Shown: piece by piece, positions 1 to 8,692 of the stretch
Layout: the number at the start of each line of letters is the position of its first letter
Numbering within the stretch: the first letter of the stretch is position 1
Virus record (IMG/VR): IMGVR_UViG_3300049165_000108
Span: 1 to 53,940 of that record
Length of the DNA stretch: 53,940 nt
Source: a virus
Lineage: Duplodnaviria; Caudoviricetes
Reading direction: 5' to 3' (one strand)
Translations under genes and position numbers: made by a program
The notes under the pieces: model-generated
What the model saw: only the letters and a program-made list of their open reading frames with translations
Database searches by the model: none
What the model was told of the DNA's origin: nothing

Positions 1-471
1 ACCCCGCCCCCGCCACCACCGCCTGCCGTGGCGGCCCCGGTGCCCGTTCCGCCCGATCCGGAACCCCGGATCGTCGAAGTCCGCCACGTCCACGAGGTCA
101 TCCTGACCAGCGCGGACCCCGATCCGGAACCGGATCCGTCCCGGTGGGAGCGGCTCGGCGCGTGGCTCGGCACGTACGTCCGGCCGTGGCACGCGGTCAT
201 CGCGCTCGTCCTCGCGGTGCTGCCCATCCCCGGCGTCGGCCACTCGACGGCCGCCATCTGGCACTACACCGTCGGCCACGGCCGCGACTCCTGGGGCATC
301 GGCTGGGGCTACGCCCTCGGCCTGGTCCCGCTCGCCCTCACCGTCACCACCGTCGTTCGCCGCGGCGGCAACCCGCTGCGCCTGTTCTTCCTCACCATCA
401 CCTTCATCGGGTCGCTCGCCGCCTTCTCCTGGTACGACCCGATCCAGTTCCTCACCGGAGTCGCACGATGA
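1..471 (+). CDS. Membrane protein, 5'-truncated (Pro-rich N-terminus, about 3 TM helices)
   Basis: Frame open from base 1; hydrophobic segments; stop overlaps next start (ATGA). Confidence 0.75.
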   Translation, partial: TPPPPPPPAVAAPVPVPPDPEPRIVEVRHVHEVILTSADPDPEPDPSRWERLGAWLGTYVRPWHAVIALVLAVLPIPGVGHSTAAIWHYTVGHGRDSWGIGWGYALGLVPLALTVTTVVRRGGNPLRLFFLTITFIGSLAAFSWYDPIQFLTGVAR

Positions 472-971
472 CCGTCGGACTCTCCCTCGCAGGCGTCGCC
501 GTAGCCCTCGGCATCCTGTGGGCCAACCTCCGCCCCTGGTGGAAAGGCGGCCGCGACCCGAAGGCGCTGCTGCCCTACGCCAGCGGCGCCGGCCTCGGTT
601 CCCTGGCCACGATCTGCATCGGCGGCGCCCTCGGCTGGGGCGCGGCCGGGGTCGCCGGGATCTTCACGAGTGGCGGCAACACGGGCGTTTCCAAGGTGAC
701 CGGCACGTCCGGCGCGGCGCAGATGCCAACGGGCCGCATGGGCACCCTGACGCAGGAGGGTGCCGTCGTGGTCTGCCTGCTCCTGCTCGGCGTGGTCATC
801 CTCTACAAGACGTCCGGCAAGCTGGACAAACGCCGGATCATCGGCGGGGTCGCCTCGTTCGCCGTCCTCGGCTTCCTGCCCGGCGTCGCCAAGCTGCTCG
901 GCTGGTGGCCCGACCTGGTCAACAACGTGGGCGCCAAGGGCTACGCGCTGCTCGTCACCGGGAGCATCTGA
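468..971 (+). CDS. Multi-pass membrane protein (possibly Spd-like)
   Basis: ATG at 468 after GGAG; about 4 hydrophobic segments; coupled to both neighbours. Confidence 0.75.
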   Translation: MTVGLSLAGVAVALGILWANLRPWWKGGRDPKALLPYASGAGLGSLATICIGGALGWGAAGVAGIFTSGGNTGVSKVTGTSGAAQMPTGRMGTLTQEGAVVVCLLLLGVVILYKTSGKLDKRRIIGGVASFAVLGFLPGVAKLLGWWPDLVNNVGAKGYALLVTGSI

Positions 972-1585
972 TGAAGCGCCGCCTGGGCTGGTGGGCTGCT
1001 CGCAGCAGCATCGCTGACCGTCTCGCCCGCGGCTCCTACGCCGTGTGGGAGCGCCGCACCGCAGCGTTCGCCGACTGGGTGCGGGCCGGCCGCCGCGACG
1101 ACCTTGACGGCTGGCGTGCCGCGCTCGGCCCGATCCTCCGCCTGGTGATCCTCGGTGTGGTGGCGTACGCGGTGTGGGCGATCGTCCGCGCGCTGCCGTG
1201 GCTGATGTGGCTCCTCGCCGGATGGTGGATCCGCGCCGCCTGGCGAGCCGGCCGCGATACCCCTGCCGAGGCTGCCGACGAGCCCCCCGAGCAGGCCGCG
1301 CACGCCCTTCAGGTGAAGGCGCTCCGGCAGCTCCTCCTCGACCTCATGGGGACCGGCTCCGCGGTGCACCTCCGCACCGTGCTCGCCCACCTCCAGGAGC
1401 ACGGCCAGTGGGAGGGCCGGAAGGTGGCCGATCTGCGCGTGCATTTGCAGCGCCTGGACATCCCCGTCGACCGCTCCGTGAAGGTGGCCGGCACCCCGAC
1501 GTGGGGGGTGCGCCGACAGGACCTCGAAGCCCCTTCCCCGGCCGAGCCGCAGGAAGCATCTCCCAAGCCGTCTACCGCCGCCTGA
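971..1585 (+). CDS. Membrane-anchored protein with C-terminal putative winged-helix DNA-binding domain
   Basis: TGATG overlap; TM region ILRLVILGVVAYAVW...; C-terminal VHLRTVLAHL...VKVAGTPTWGVRRQDL resembles the TraB-type wHTH wing. Confidence 0.6.
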   Translation: MKRRLGWWAARSSIADRLARGSYAVWERRTAAFADWVRAGRRDDLDGWRAALGPILRLVILGVVAYAVWAIVRALPWLMWLLAGWWIRAAWRAGRDTPAEAADEPPEQAAHALQVKALRQLLLDLMGTGSAVHLRTVLAHLQEHGQWEGRKVADLRVHLQRLDIPVDRSVKVAGTPTWGVRRQDLEAPSPAEPQEASPKPSTAA

Positions 1586-1634
1586 CCTGCACGTCTACCG
1601 GCTCATCTACCGCCATCTACCGCCGGATCTACCG
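1571..1634 (+). repeat. Five direct repeats of TCTACCG
   Basis: Copies start at 1571, 1594, 1606, 1616, 1628. Confidence 0.9.
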
Positions 1635-1658
1635 TCCATCTCCCTCAGGGAGGGCTTC

Positions 1659-1877
1659 GTGTACACCCACGCGATCATCACCACCATCGCGACCCGCCGC
1701 GGCCTGCTGCGTCGCCGCGTCGTCGAAAAGACCGTCGTCACCGAGGTGGAAACCCACAGCACGGAGGAACTGGGCCGGATCACCCGGGCCGTCCTCGCTG
1801 CCCTCGACGACGCGCTGCCGGAGGCGTACGTGACCTCACGCCCGGAACCCATCTCGCCGCCTGCGCGCGGCCAGTAG
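1659..1877 (+). CDS. Hypothetical protein
   Basis: GTG start after GGGAGG; 72 aa. Confidence 0.6.
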   Translation: MYTHAIITTIATRRGLLRRRVVEKTVVTEVETHSTEELGRITRAVLAALDDALPEAYVTSRPEPISPPARGQ

Positions 1878-1880
1878 ACC

Positions 1881-1928
1881 CCGGGGCGGGCCGCTCCCAA
1901 CCGCCAAGAAGAGCGCGGCTCGCCCCGG
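1881..1928 (+). promoter_or_regulatory. GC-rich stem-loop in intergenic leader
   Basis: CCGGGGCGGGCCGC (1881-1894) pairs with GCGGCTCGCCCCGG (1915-1928). Confidence 0.5.
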
Positions 1929-1962
1929 TTCCCCATCCCGATCACGAGACAGGAGCACCATC

Positions 1963-2136
1963 ATGGCCTTCCGCCGATCCGTCCCCCAAGCCGAGCTCGC
2001 CGCCAAGCTGTCGCCCGAGGAGCAGGCGAAGCACGCGACCACCTTCCAGGGCAACCGAGGTGGCCACTTCCCGCTCACGCAGGCGCAGCGCATGAACGAG
2101 GAAACCGAGATCACCGTAGAGCGGGCGGACAAGTAG
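1963..2136 (+). CDS. Small hypothetical protein, 57 aa (not in ORF track)
   Basis: AGGAG RBS; MAFRRSVPQAELAAKLSPEEQAKHATTFQGNRGGHFPLTQAQRMNEETEITVERADK. Confidence 0.7.
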   Translation: MAFRRSVPQAELAAKLSPEEQAKHATTFQGNRGGHFPLTQAQRMNEETEITVERADK

Positions 2137-2192
2137 GTTCCCTGCCACACTGGTGGCTCGCGCCGGGTAGCGCCCGGTAACCCCTGTGAACG

Positions 2193-2229
2193 GGCCCCGC
2201 CGTCTCCCCCCGTGGACGGTGGGGCCTTC
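2193..2229 (+). terminator. Probable intrinsic terminator
   Basis: GGCCCCGCCGTC / GACGGTGGGGCC stem after the gene cluster. Confidence 0.6.
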
Positions 2230-2329
2230 ACGTTCCCCTGATCGGTCACAGGAACGTCACAGCCCCCACACCCGCAGTGCACAACTGGCACGCTGTCTGA
2301 TCCTGCAACTACCGCACCCGGGGGGCGCC

Positions 2330-2857
2330 ATGGCGAGGAGCCGCAACACCAGGCAGAGCAGCAACAAGACCGGCATCGGATGTGGCGTACTCGCGCTGCT
2401 GCTCCTCGTCGGCGGCTGCAACCAGCTGCTCGGCATCGGTGATGACGAGGAGCAGAAGACCGCCGACTGCGCCATGACCCTCGCCGCCGGCACCGGACCC
2501 AAGGGGTGGATCGGCGGCAGCAACGGCGGTGGGGGTGGCGGCTTCACCAACGGCGGAGGCCTGGGCGACGGAGGTTCCGATGGGAGCAGCGGCGGGACGT
2601 CGAGCAGCGGCGGCGGCCTAGGAGACGCGGACGCCCCGGACTACGAGCCGGGGATGGCCCCTGCCGACGTAACCCCCGACATGCGGGCCACGGCCGAAGC
2701 CGAGCATGGGGACATGCGCGCGGTGGGAACCGAGTTGATCTGGTTCGACAAGCGGACGAACGAACCGTTCCCATGGGAGAAGAAGGCGTACGAGAAGGCG
2801 AAGCGTGAGGCTGACGCGGTTGATGCTGCCGCAAAGGCGCTTGAGGACGACTGCTAG
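2330..2857 (+). CDS. Putative lipoprotein or membrane protein with Gly/Ser linker
   Basis: Basic N-terminus, hydrophobic stretch ending LVGGC, Gly-rich middle. Confidence 0.6.
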   Translation: MARSRNTRQSSNKTGIGCGVLALLLLVGGCNQLLGIGDDEEQKTADCAMTLAAGTGPKGWIGGSNGGGGGGFTNGGGLGDGGSDGSSGGTSSSGGGLGDADAPDYEPGMAPADVTPDMRATAEAEHGDMRAVGTELIWFDKRTNEPFPWEKKAYEKAKREADAVDAAAKALEDDC

Positions 2858-2964
2858 CACGCGTAGGCAGTCACTCATTCGCGCCGCAGGAAGGCCACAT
2901 GGCCATCACGTCGTCTGCACTCGACGCACGACGCAGGCCACGCACCACAAGCCCTGGGGGGATC

Positions 2965-3348
2965 ATGAGCTACACGCCGCCGCCGTACTACCCGCCGCCT
3001 CCGCCGAGGAAGAACCACACGCACGTGATCATCATCGGTACGGCTGCCGTCCTGATCGCGGCAATCGTCGGCACGGGCATCTTCGTGGTGCAGTCCCGCG
3101 GCGATGACGGCGACGGGAGCAGCGCGGACCCGGCGCCTGCCGTGAGTGCGACGGTGGGGCCGTCTACGTCGGTGACCGTGTCCCCGGAGTGCCGCACATG
3201 GATCAAGGCCGAGCTGCTGGACGACTCCGAGGAGATCGACGCCACGCCCGGCTACAACGCGTGCGGCGACCTGTCGGAGGACGAGTTGCAGGCGGCGATC
3301 GACCAGGTGACGGAAGAACTGTCGGCACAGATCACGCCGGAGCCGTAG
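2965..3348 (+). CDS. Single-pass membrane protein
   Basis: Pro-rich N-terminus, TM helix, acidic two-Cys C-terminal domain. Confidence 0.7.
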   Translation: MSYTPPPYYPPPPPRKNHTHVIIIGTAAVLIAAIVGTGIFVVQSRGDDGDGSSADPAPAVSATVGPSTSVTVSPECRTWIKAELLDDSEEIDATPGYNACGDLSEDELQAAIDQVTEELSAQITPEP

Positions 3349-3443
3349 CCCTCACACAGGGGGTCGCTTCACCATTGCCAGGCGCGGTGGCATGGCCGAC
3401 AACGCTCCCGCGCACCAGCAACAACCGCACTTTGGGGGGAACC

Positions 3444-3797
3444 ATGCGCCGCACCATCACCCTGCTCGCCGCTGCCTGCCTCGCTCTCGCCGGCTGCTCG
3501 TCCGGCGGGGAGCCAGAGAAGCAGACCGTCACCGTCACAGCCACCCCGACGCCCACCGCGACACCCTCGCTCAGCCAAGCCGAGACGAAGCGCCAGTGCA
3601 GCGTCGCCGTCGCCGAAGCTGCACCGAAGTGGGAGGACTGGAGCTACTCGCCTGGTGACTGGCAGAGCGATCCGCGGACGCCGAAGGTGTGCCTGGGTCT
3701 GGCGGATGAGGTGAATCCGCCTGCGGGCAATCGGGCTTACGGGGAGGCGTTCAGGGAGGGACTGGAGATGGCGGATGATCCGCGCGCGGATCAGTAG
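3444..3797 (+). CDS. Lipoprotein
   Basis: Signal peptide with lipobox LAGC; Thr/Pro linker. Confidence 0.8.
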   Translation: MRRTITLLAAACLALAGCSSGGEPEKQTVTVTATPTPTATPSLSQAETKRQCSVAVAEAAPKWEDWSYSPGDWQSDPRTPKVCLGLADEVNPPAGNRAYGEAFREGLEMADDPRADQ

Positions 3798-3817
3798 CTG
3801 AGGCGGACGCAGTACGA

Positions 3818-3850
3818 CCCCGCTCCGGAGTGTTCCGGGCGGGGCCTTCG
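3818..3850. terminator. Terminator between convergent genes
   Basis: CCCCGCTCCGGA / TCCGGGCGGGG stem. Confidence 0.6.
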
Positions 3851-3879
3851 TCATGCCGCGAGCGAGGCGCTCGCGGGGG

Positions 3880-4140
3880 TCACGTCCACCATCGTCTGAC
3901 GTCACCTCGGCAGACGTAGCGGGCCCGGACCCACATCTCCTCCATCCGTTCGACGTCGGCGTGGGTTCGGCATGGCCACATGCGGTCCAGCCACCACACC
4001 TCCCAGTCGCGGAGGTCGTAGCCGTAGAGGTGTTCCACTCGGGACGCGTACCGCAGGTCGCGGTCGCGTGGGTTCCAGCCCATATCGCGGACGAACAGGC
4101 CGGCTTGATTGACGAAGGGGGCGATGATCATCCGTCTCAT
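3880..4140 (-). CDS. Hypothetical protein (Trp/Arg-rich)
   Basis: Start overlaps stop of upstream gene (ATGA). Confidence 0.55.
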   Translation of the reverse strand: MRRMIIAPFVNQAGLFVRDMGWNPRDRDLRYASRVEHLYGYDLRDWEVWWLDRMWPCRTHADVERMEEMWVRARYVCRGDVRRWWT

Positions 4141-4388
4141 GTGGTGGCCTCCTTCTTCGGCCGGCCGCCCTTGCGCGCACGCCGCTCGGCCAGCTCCTGC
4201 TCGGCAGCCGCGAGCTCGGCGCGCTCGTGTTCGTTGCCGTGCTGCTCAATGAAATCGCGGACGTGGTCGACGAGGTCGGCGCTGCGGTCGGTGCCTTGGC
4301 GTGCGGCAGCGGTTCCGTAGGCCTCCCACATGCGGCGGGGGATGCGGAACTTGGGCGAGAAGGTGTGGTCCTTGTCGTCTGAGGCCAT
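4137..4388 (-). CDS. Ribbon-helix-helix (Arc/CopG-like) DNA-binding protein
   Basis: SPKFRIPRRMWEAYGTAAARQGTDRSADLVDHVRDFI fits beta-alpha-alpha pattern. Confidence 0.6.
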   Translation of the reverse strand: MASDDKDHTFSPKFRIPRRMWEAYGTAAARQGTDRSADLVDHVRDFIEQHGNEHERAELAAAEQELAERRARKGGRPKKEATT

Positions 4389-4428
4389 GGGCTTATGTTC
4401 CCACACGGTTTTCTAGGCACAACCCCTT

Positions 4429-4465
4429 GTGTGGGTACACGGTTATGACTACTGTGTACCCACAC
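4429..4465. promoter_or_regulatory. Palindromic operator in divergent promoter
   Basis: GTGTGGGTACAC-N13-GTGTACCCACAC, perfect 12-bp inverted repeat. Confidence 0.75.
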
Positions 4466-4486
4466 GGAATGATCGAGGGGGACCCG

Positions 4487-4906
4487 ATGAGGCACACCAA
4501 CCGCGAGACCACCACCCACACCCTCACCCGCCTCATCAAGGCCCTCGACGCCAAGCACCCCGTCACCATCACCTACCTCAAGGAAGAGAAGGACGAGAAC
4601 GGCCGCAAGACCGGCCGCCTCGTCGAGACCGTCCGCACCGTCGAAATCTTCAACGTGATCGTCACCGACGCCGGGCACATCGTCCTCCGTGCCATGGACC
4701 GCGAGACCGGCGAGATGCGCAGCTTCCGGACGGACCGGATTGTCGCCTACTCGATTCACCGGACCGCGTACATCGTGCCCCGCCCGGTCGCCGACGAGCC
4801 CAAGACCCGCACCGTGACCGGCCTCGCCACCGTCACCGTCGCGTACCCGGTCGACCTGCCCATCGCCACCCGCGTCCAGCTCCTCGCTGACGCGCTGGCC
4901 GTTTGA
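4487..4906 (+). CDS. Stand-alone WYL-domain protein
   Basis: ITY...RTVE...VLRAMDRETGEMRSFRTDRI WYL signature; no HTH. Confidence 0.8.
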   Translation: MRHTNRETTTHTLTRLIKALDAKHPVTITYLKEEKDENGRKTGRLVETVRTVEIFNVIVTDAGHIVLRAMDRETGEMRSFRTDRIVAYSIHRTAYIVPRPVADEPKTRTVTGLATVTVAYPVDLPIATRVQLLADALAV

Positions 4907-4948
4907 CCCCCGCCATACGCTCAACCCACCGCCACCGAAAGGGGCACC

Positions 4949-5218
4949 ATGTACCGCATCGCCGTCTGCCGTAAGGGGCAGCCCGCTCAGCAACGCACCG
5001 CCAATGCCGGTGAGCTGCGAACCGCCGTCTACGAACTGATCGAGTCGCAAGGCAGCCGGGTTACAGAGAAGGATCATTCCGGCATCGGCGCGTTGATCGA
5101 CGACGCCCGCGCGATGGCTGAGGCTGACGGCTTCGCTGCGCTGGAGTTCGAGGGCGCCGCCATCACGATCCGCCCCGACAGGGCGCCTGCGCCCACGTTC
5201 CCCGGCGGAGGGTTCTGA
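4949..5218 (+). CDS. Hypothetical protein
   Basis: AAGGGG RBS; 89 aa. Confidence 0.65.
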   Translation: MYRIAVCRKGQPAQQRTANAGELRTAVYELIESQGSRVTEKDHSGIGALIDDARAMAEADGFAALEFEGAAITIRPDRAPAPTFPGGGF

Positions 5219-5234
5219 CCCCCGCGCACGTCGA

Positions 5235-5278
5235 AGGCCCGTCTCAACCCGCGCACGCCAGCGCGGGGAGACGGGCCT
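5235..5278 (+). terminator. Probable terminator
   Basis: AGGCCCGTCTC / GAGACGGGCCT stem. Confidence 0.65.
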
Positions 5279-5290
5279 CCGTCATGCGCG

Positions 5291-5323
5291 CCGGAAGATC
5301 AACGCCCCCGCCCCGGGCACAAT
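5291..5323 (+). promoter_or_regulatory. Putative late promoter, leaderless
   Basis: CCGGAAGATC, CACAAT starting 27 nt after the motif start, ATG 6 nt later. Confidence 0.65.
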
Positions 5324-5329
5324 CACCCC

Positions 5330-5887
5330 ATGACCGCCTACCCGGCGCGCTGCCCCGCCCGCAACCTCAACGGCCGCATGTGCTCCCACCGAGCAGGCCA
5401 AGGCACCCGCCACCCCGGGTACGGAACCTGCATCTGGCACCGCGGCGGACAACAACACGTCGAGGAGGCATGGGCCATGGCACACGAAATCGCCAACGAG
5501 CGGAACATCACCCCACACGAGGCGCTCCTCGACCTCGTCCGCACCGCCACCGGCCGAGCCGCCTGGGTCGACGGCGTCCTCGCCAACGAGATGCGCGAGC
5601 ACGTCGAAGCCGGCGGCGACCCGCTGAAGCCACCCAAATCGCTGAACCAGTGGCTCGCCCAGTCCCGCCTCGAACGCAAGCTCGCCGCGGCCACCGCGAA
5701 GCAGGCCGTGGACGCCGGCGTCATGGTCGCCCTGGAGCGGCGCCTGGACCTCGAAGGCGAGCTGGTCGCGACCGCGCTGTCGGCCGCCCTCGATGTGCTG
5801 GACCTTGACCATGAGCAGCGGGTGAAGGCGCTCGGCGCGGCGCAGCAGCACCTCCTCGGCGCGGGTAGCGGTGAGACCGCAGGCTGA
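5330..5887 (+). CDS. Putative terminase small subunit
   Basis: N-terminal C..C..CIWHRGG Zn motif, helical remainder, first gene of packaging module. Confidence 0.6.
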   Translation: MTAYPARCPARNLNGRMCSHRAGQGTRHPGYGTCIWHRGGQQHVEEAWAMAHEIANERNITPHEALLDLVRTATGRAAWVDGVLANEMREHVEAGGDPLKPPKSLNQWLAQSRLERKLAAATAKQAVDAGVMVALERRLDLEGELVATALSAALDVLDLDHEQRVKALGAAQQHLLGAGSGETAG

Positions 5888-5894
5888 CGACGGC

Positions 5895-5927
5895 CCGGAA
5901 TGATCACCGGGATTCCGCTGGCACCCT
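5895..5927 (+). promoter_or_regulatory. Putative late promoter, leaderless
   Basis: CCGGAATGATC, CACCCT at +27, ATG at 5935. Confidence 0.65.
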
Positions 5928-5934
5928 GCGCCGC

Positions 5935-6606
5935 ATGAGAGGCGTCATCCACCGGGCCGCAGTGATCCCGGCTCGGGACCGGCATGACCTGCTGGCCGAC
6001 TGCATCGCGTCGGTCGTCGATCAGGTGGACCGGGTCATCGTCATCGACAACGAGTCCGACCCGCCCATCGACCCAGAGCCGTGGCACGGAAAGGTCGGCG
6101 TTGCCCACGTCGCACTCGACCCGCCGAACATCAGCGTCTTGTGGAACTTGGGCCTTGGCCTCGTCGCGGCCACATCGCCGACTGACGAGTGGGATGTGGC
6201 CGTCCTCAACTCCGACGTGATCGTGCCGCCTGGCTGGGTCGAGGGCCTGTCGACGGCGATGCGGGCTACCACGGCGGTGCTCGCCTACCCGGACCAGTTC
6301 GGCGGCCGGCAGGAGATCCTCCACACGCGGGCCGAGCCGGTCGACCTCCGCCAGCGCATCACCGGCTACGCGTACATGCTGCGCGGCGAGGCCGAGCTGC
6401 GCCTCGATGAGGGCCTCGCGTGGTGGTACGGCGACGACGACCTTGACTGGCGCGCCCGCGAGAGCGGCGGCGCGCTCCTGGTGCCCGGCATCCCCGTCGA
6501 GCACCGCGCCCCCAACGTCTCAACGAACGAACGCCCCGAACTGCTGGAACAGACCGGCCGCGACCGGGAGACCTTCCGCAAGAAGTGGGGCCGCACTCCA
6601 TGGTGA
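5935..6606 (+). CDS. Glycosyltransferase, GT2-like (GT-A)
   Basis: VIPARDR, VIVIDNES, VLNSD, WYGDDD motifs. Confidence 0.85.
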   Translation: MRGVIHRAAVIPARDRHDLLADCIASVVDQVDRVIVIDNESDPPIDPEPWHGKVGVAHVALDPPNISVLWNLGLGLVAATSPTDEWDVAVLNSDVIVPPGWVEGLSTAMRATTAVLAYPDQFGGRQEILHTRAEPVDLRQRITGYAYMLRGEAELRLDEGLAWWYGDDDLDWRARESGGALLVPGIPVEHRAPNVSTNERPELLEQTGRDRETFRKKWGRTPW

Positions 6607-6619
6607 ACAGGAGCAACCG

Positions 6620-7426
6620 TTGAAGATCGCAGTCACAGGCGGGACCGGGTTCTTCGGCCGCGCCACCATCAACGCCGCCGAACAGGCTGGCCATCAAGTG
6701 TGGGCGTTCGACCGGGCCCTCGGCCACGACGTCCTCGGCAGCCTGGACGCGCTGGAGGATGCGGACGTCGTCATCCACCTCGCCGGCGTGCTCGGCACGA
6801 GCGAGCTGTTCGACATGCCGGAGACAGCTCTCGACGTCAATATCAAGGGCACGCTGCGGGTGTTGCAGTGGTGCCGGGATCACCGCGCCGCGTACGTCGG
6901 GGTGTCGATGCCGGACCCGTTCCCCAGCGTGTACACCGCGACGAAGGTTGCCTCCCGCCGACTGGCCACCGCCTGGCATCACGCCTACGGGCTGCGCGTG
7001 TCCACGGTGCGGGCGTTCAACGGGTACGGCCCCCACCAGGCGTACGGGCCCGGGCATCCGCAGAAGATCCTGCCGACGTTCGCCCGGGCGGCGTGGGAGG
7101 GGCGGCCGCTGCCGATCTGGGGTGACGGCGAGCAGGCGATGGACTTGGTGCACGCCGACGACGTGGGTCGGATGCTCGTGGAGGCGGTCGGGCACGGGGA
7201 CGATGCGGTGTTCGACGCGGGCACCGGGGTGCCGGTGACGGTGAACGAGCTGGCGGCGTTCGTGCTGGAGGTGACCGGCAGCAAGGCCGGTGTGCAGCAC
7301 TTGCCGATGCGGGCGGGTGAGGTGCCGGTACAGATCACCGCCCGCGGTGAGGGATGGGACCGGCTGGAGTGGAAGCCCGAGCTGGACTGGGACCGGATCG
7401 CGGAAACGGTGAGGTGGTACAAGTGA
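6620..7426 (+). CDS. NAD-dependent epimerase/dehydratase (extended SDR)
   Basis: TTG start after AGGAG; TGGTGFFG, HLAG, YTATK, FNGYGP. Confidence 0.9.
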   Translation: MKIAVTGGTGFFGRATINAAEQAGHQVWAFDRALGHDVLGSLDALEDADVVIHLAGVLGTSELFDMPETALDVNIKGTLRVLQWCRDHRAAYVGVSMPDPFPSVYTATKVASRRLATAWHHAYGLRVSTVRAFNGYGPHQAYGPGHPQKILPTFARAAWEGRPLPIWGDGEQAMDLVHADDVGRMLVEAVGHGDDAVFDAGTGVPVTVNELAAFVLEVTGSKAGVQHLPMRAGEVPVQITARGEGWDRLEWKPELDWDRIAETVRWYK

Positions 7427-8082
7427 GCGCTGATGTGGCGATCGTGACGGGGGTGTACGACTCGTACGACACGGTCAAGCCCGTTTGTCCGCAGGCCGGT
7501 GTGGACGTGGAGTGGATCCTCGTCACCGACACCCTGCCGGATGCGGACGCGGCGGCCGGGTGGACGATCGTGCACGAGCCGCGCCCGGAGGTGCTGCCGG
7601 TGCGGGCGGCGAAGGCGCCGAAGTTCGAGCCGTGGCGGTACACGGACGCGCCTGTCTCCGTGTGGGTGGACGCCTCCTTCCGTATCACGTCGCCCGACTT
7701 CGCAGCGGCCATGCTGGAGTACGCCAAGCCGATCGCCCAGTTCCTGCACCCGTGGCGGGACTGCCTGTACGCGGAGGCTGCCGAGATCGCCGCGCTGGGC
7801 AAGGACCCGGAGGGTGTGGCGGCGTGGCAGACGCGCCGGTACCGGGAGGCCGGCCATCCGGAGCACTGGGGGTTGTGGGCGTCGGGTGTGATCGCGCGGA
7901 AGCACACGGCGGCGGTGAAGCGCATGGGGGCGGCTTGGGCCAGGGAGGTGGAGGCCGGGTCGGCGCGGGATCAGGTGTCGCAGGCGTTCGTGCTGCGGGA
8001 GGCGAAGCTGAAGCCTGCCGCGCTGCCGGGGACGCATCTGGCGAACGAGTGGCTGCGGTATGAGGGGAGTGACCGGCACTGA
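7423..8082 (+). CDS. Glycosyltransferase-like protein (DUF616/TOD1-type)
   Basis: YD, VWVDAS, HPWRDCLYAE, RDQVS motifs. Confidence 0.75.
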   Translation: MSADVAIVTGVYDSYDTVKPVCPQAGVDVEWILVTDTLPDADAAAGWTIVHEPRPEVLPVRAAKAPKFEPWRYTDAPVSVWVDASFRITSPDFAAAMLEYAKPIAQFLHPWRDCLYAEAAEIAALGKDPEGVAAWQTRRYREAGHPEHWGLWASGVIARKHTAAVKRMGAAWAREVEAGSARDQVSQAFVLREAKLKPAALPGTHLANEWLRYEGSDRH

Positions 8083-8522
8083 TGGCCAGTATCGAGATCG
8101 GTGGCGGGCGTCTCGTCCAGGGCGGCTGGGTCAACCTCGATCCGGCGCACGGCACGGGCGAGTGGCGGCGGCTCGCGCAGGAGACGCCGTGGCCTACCGG
8201 GGACGACACTGTTGAGGCGATCCGCGCGAGCCACGTGATGGAGCACATCCCCGCCGGGGCCGAGCGGATCGCGGTCATGAACGAAGCCCACCGCGTCCTG
8301 CGCCCGGGGGCCGTGTTCGAGATCCGGGTGCCGAACTGCCTGTCCGGGACGTGGCACGCCTTCGCCGACCCCACGCACGTCTCGTTCTGGTGTGTGGAGT
8401 CGTTCCACTACCTCGACGGTTCGAAGGCCGCGCACGCGGACTACGGGCTGCGGCCGTGGAAGACGTTGGAGCTGCGGGTGCAGGGCGACAACGAGATCCT
8501 CTGGAAGGGGACACCACGGTGA
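8082..8522 (+). CDS. Class I SAM-dependent methyltransferase
   Basis: EIGGG, ASHVMEH, RVLRPG, DPTH. Confidence 0.85.
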   Translation: MASIEIGGGRLVQGGWVNLDPAHGTGEWRRLAQETPWPTGDDTVEAIRASHVMEHIPAGAERIAVMNEAHRVLRPGAVFEIRVPNCLSGTWHAFADPTHVSFWCVESFHYLDGSKAAHADYGLRPWKTLELRVQGDNEILWKGTPR

Positions 8523-8692
8523 AACCCCAGGACACCGTGGCAGAGATGAGCTGCCCAGCATGCGGCGCTCCGCTCACCATTCCGGTCACGCTCCGCATGA
8601 CAGGCCGTGCCACGGCGTCCGTCACCTTCAACACGCTGGCCGTACAGGCTCACCTGGAGAAACACGAGGAGGCGCCTGGTGAGCAGTCCTGA
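8519..8692 (+). CDS. Small protein with CxxC/HxxxH Zn-finger-like motif
   Basis: CPAC ... HLEKH; coupled GTG start. Confidence 0.55.
   Translation: MKPQDTVAEMSCPACGAPLTIPVTLRMTGRATASVTFNTLAVQAHLEKHEEAPGEQS

Noticed and set aside
1571-1634. TCTACCG repeats as a CRISPR array or replication iterons
   Set aside because: Repeats and gaps are far too short for CRISPR; no Rep gene or AT-rich unwinding region adjacent
4464-4474. CGGAATGATC upstream of the WYL gene as another late promoter
   Set aside because: First base differs and no -10 hexamer at the fixed distance, which would fall inside the CDS
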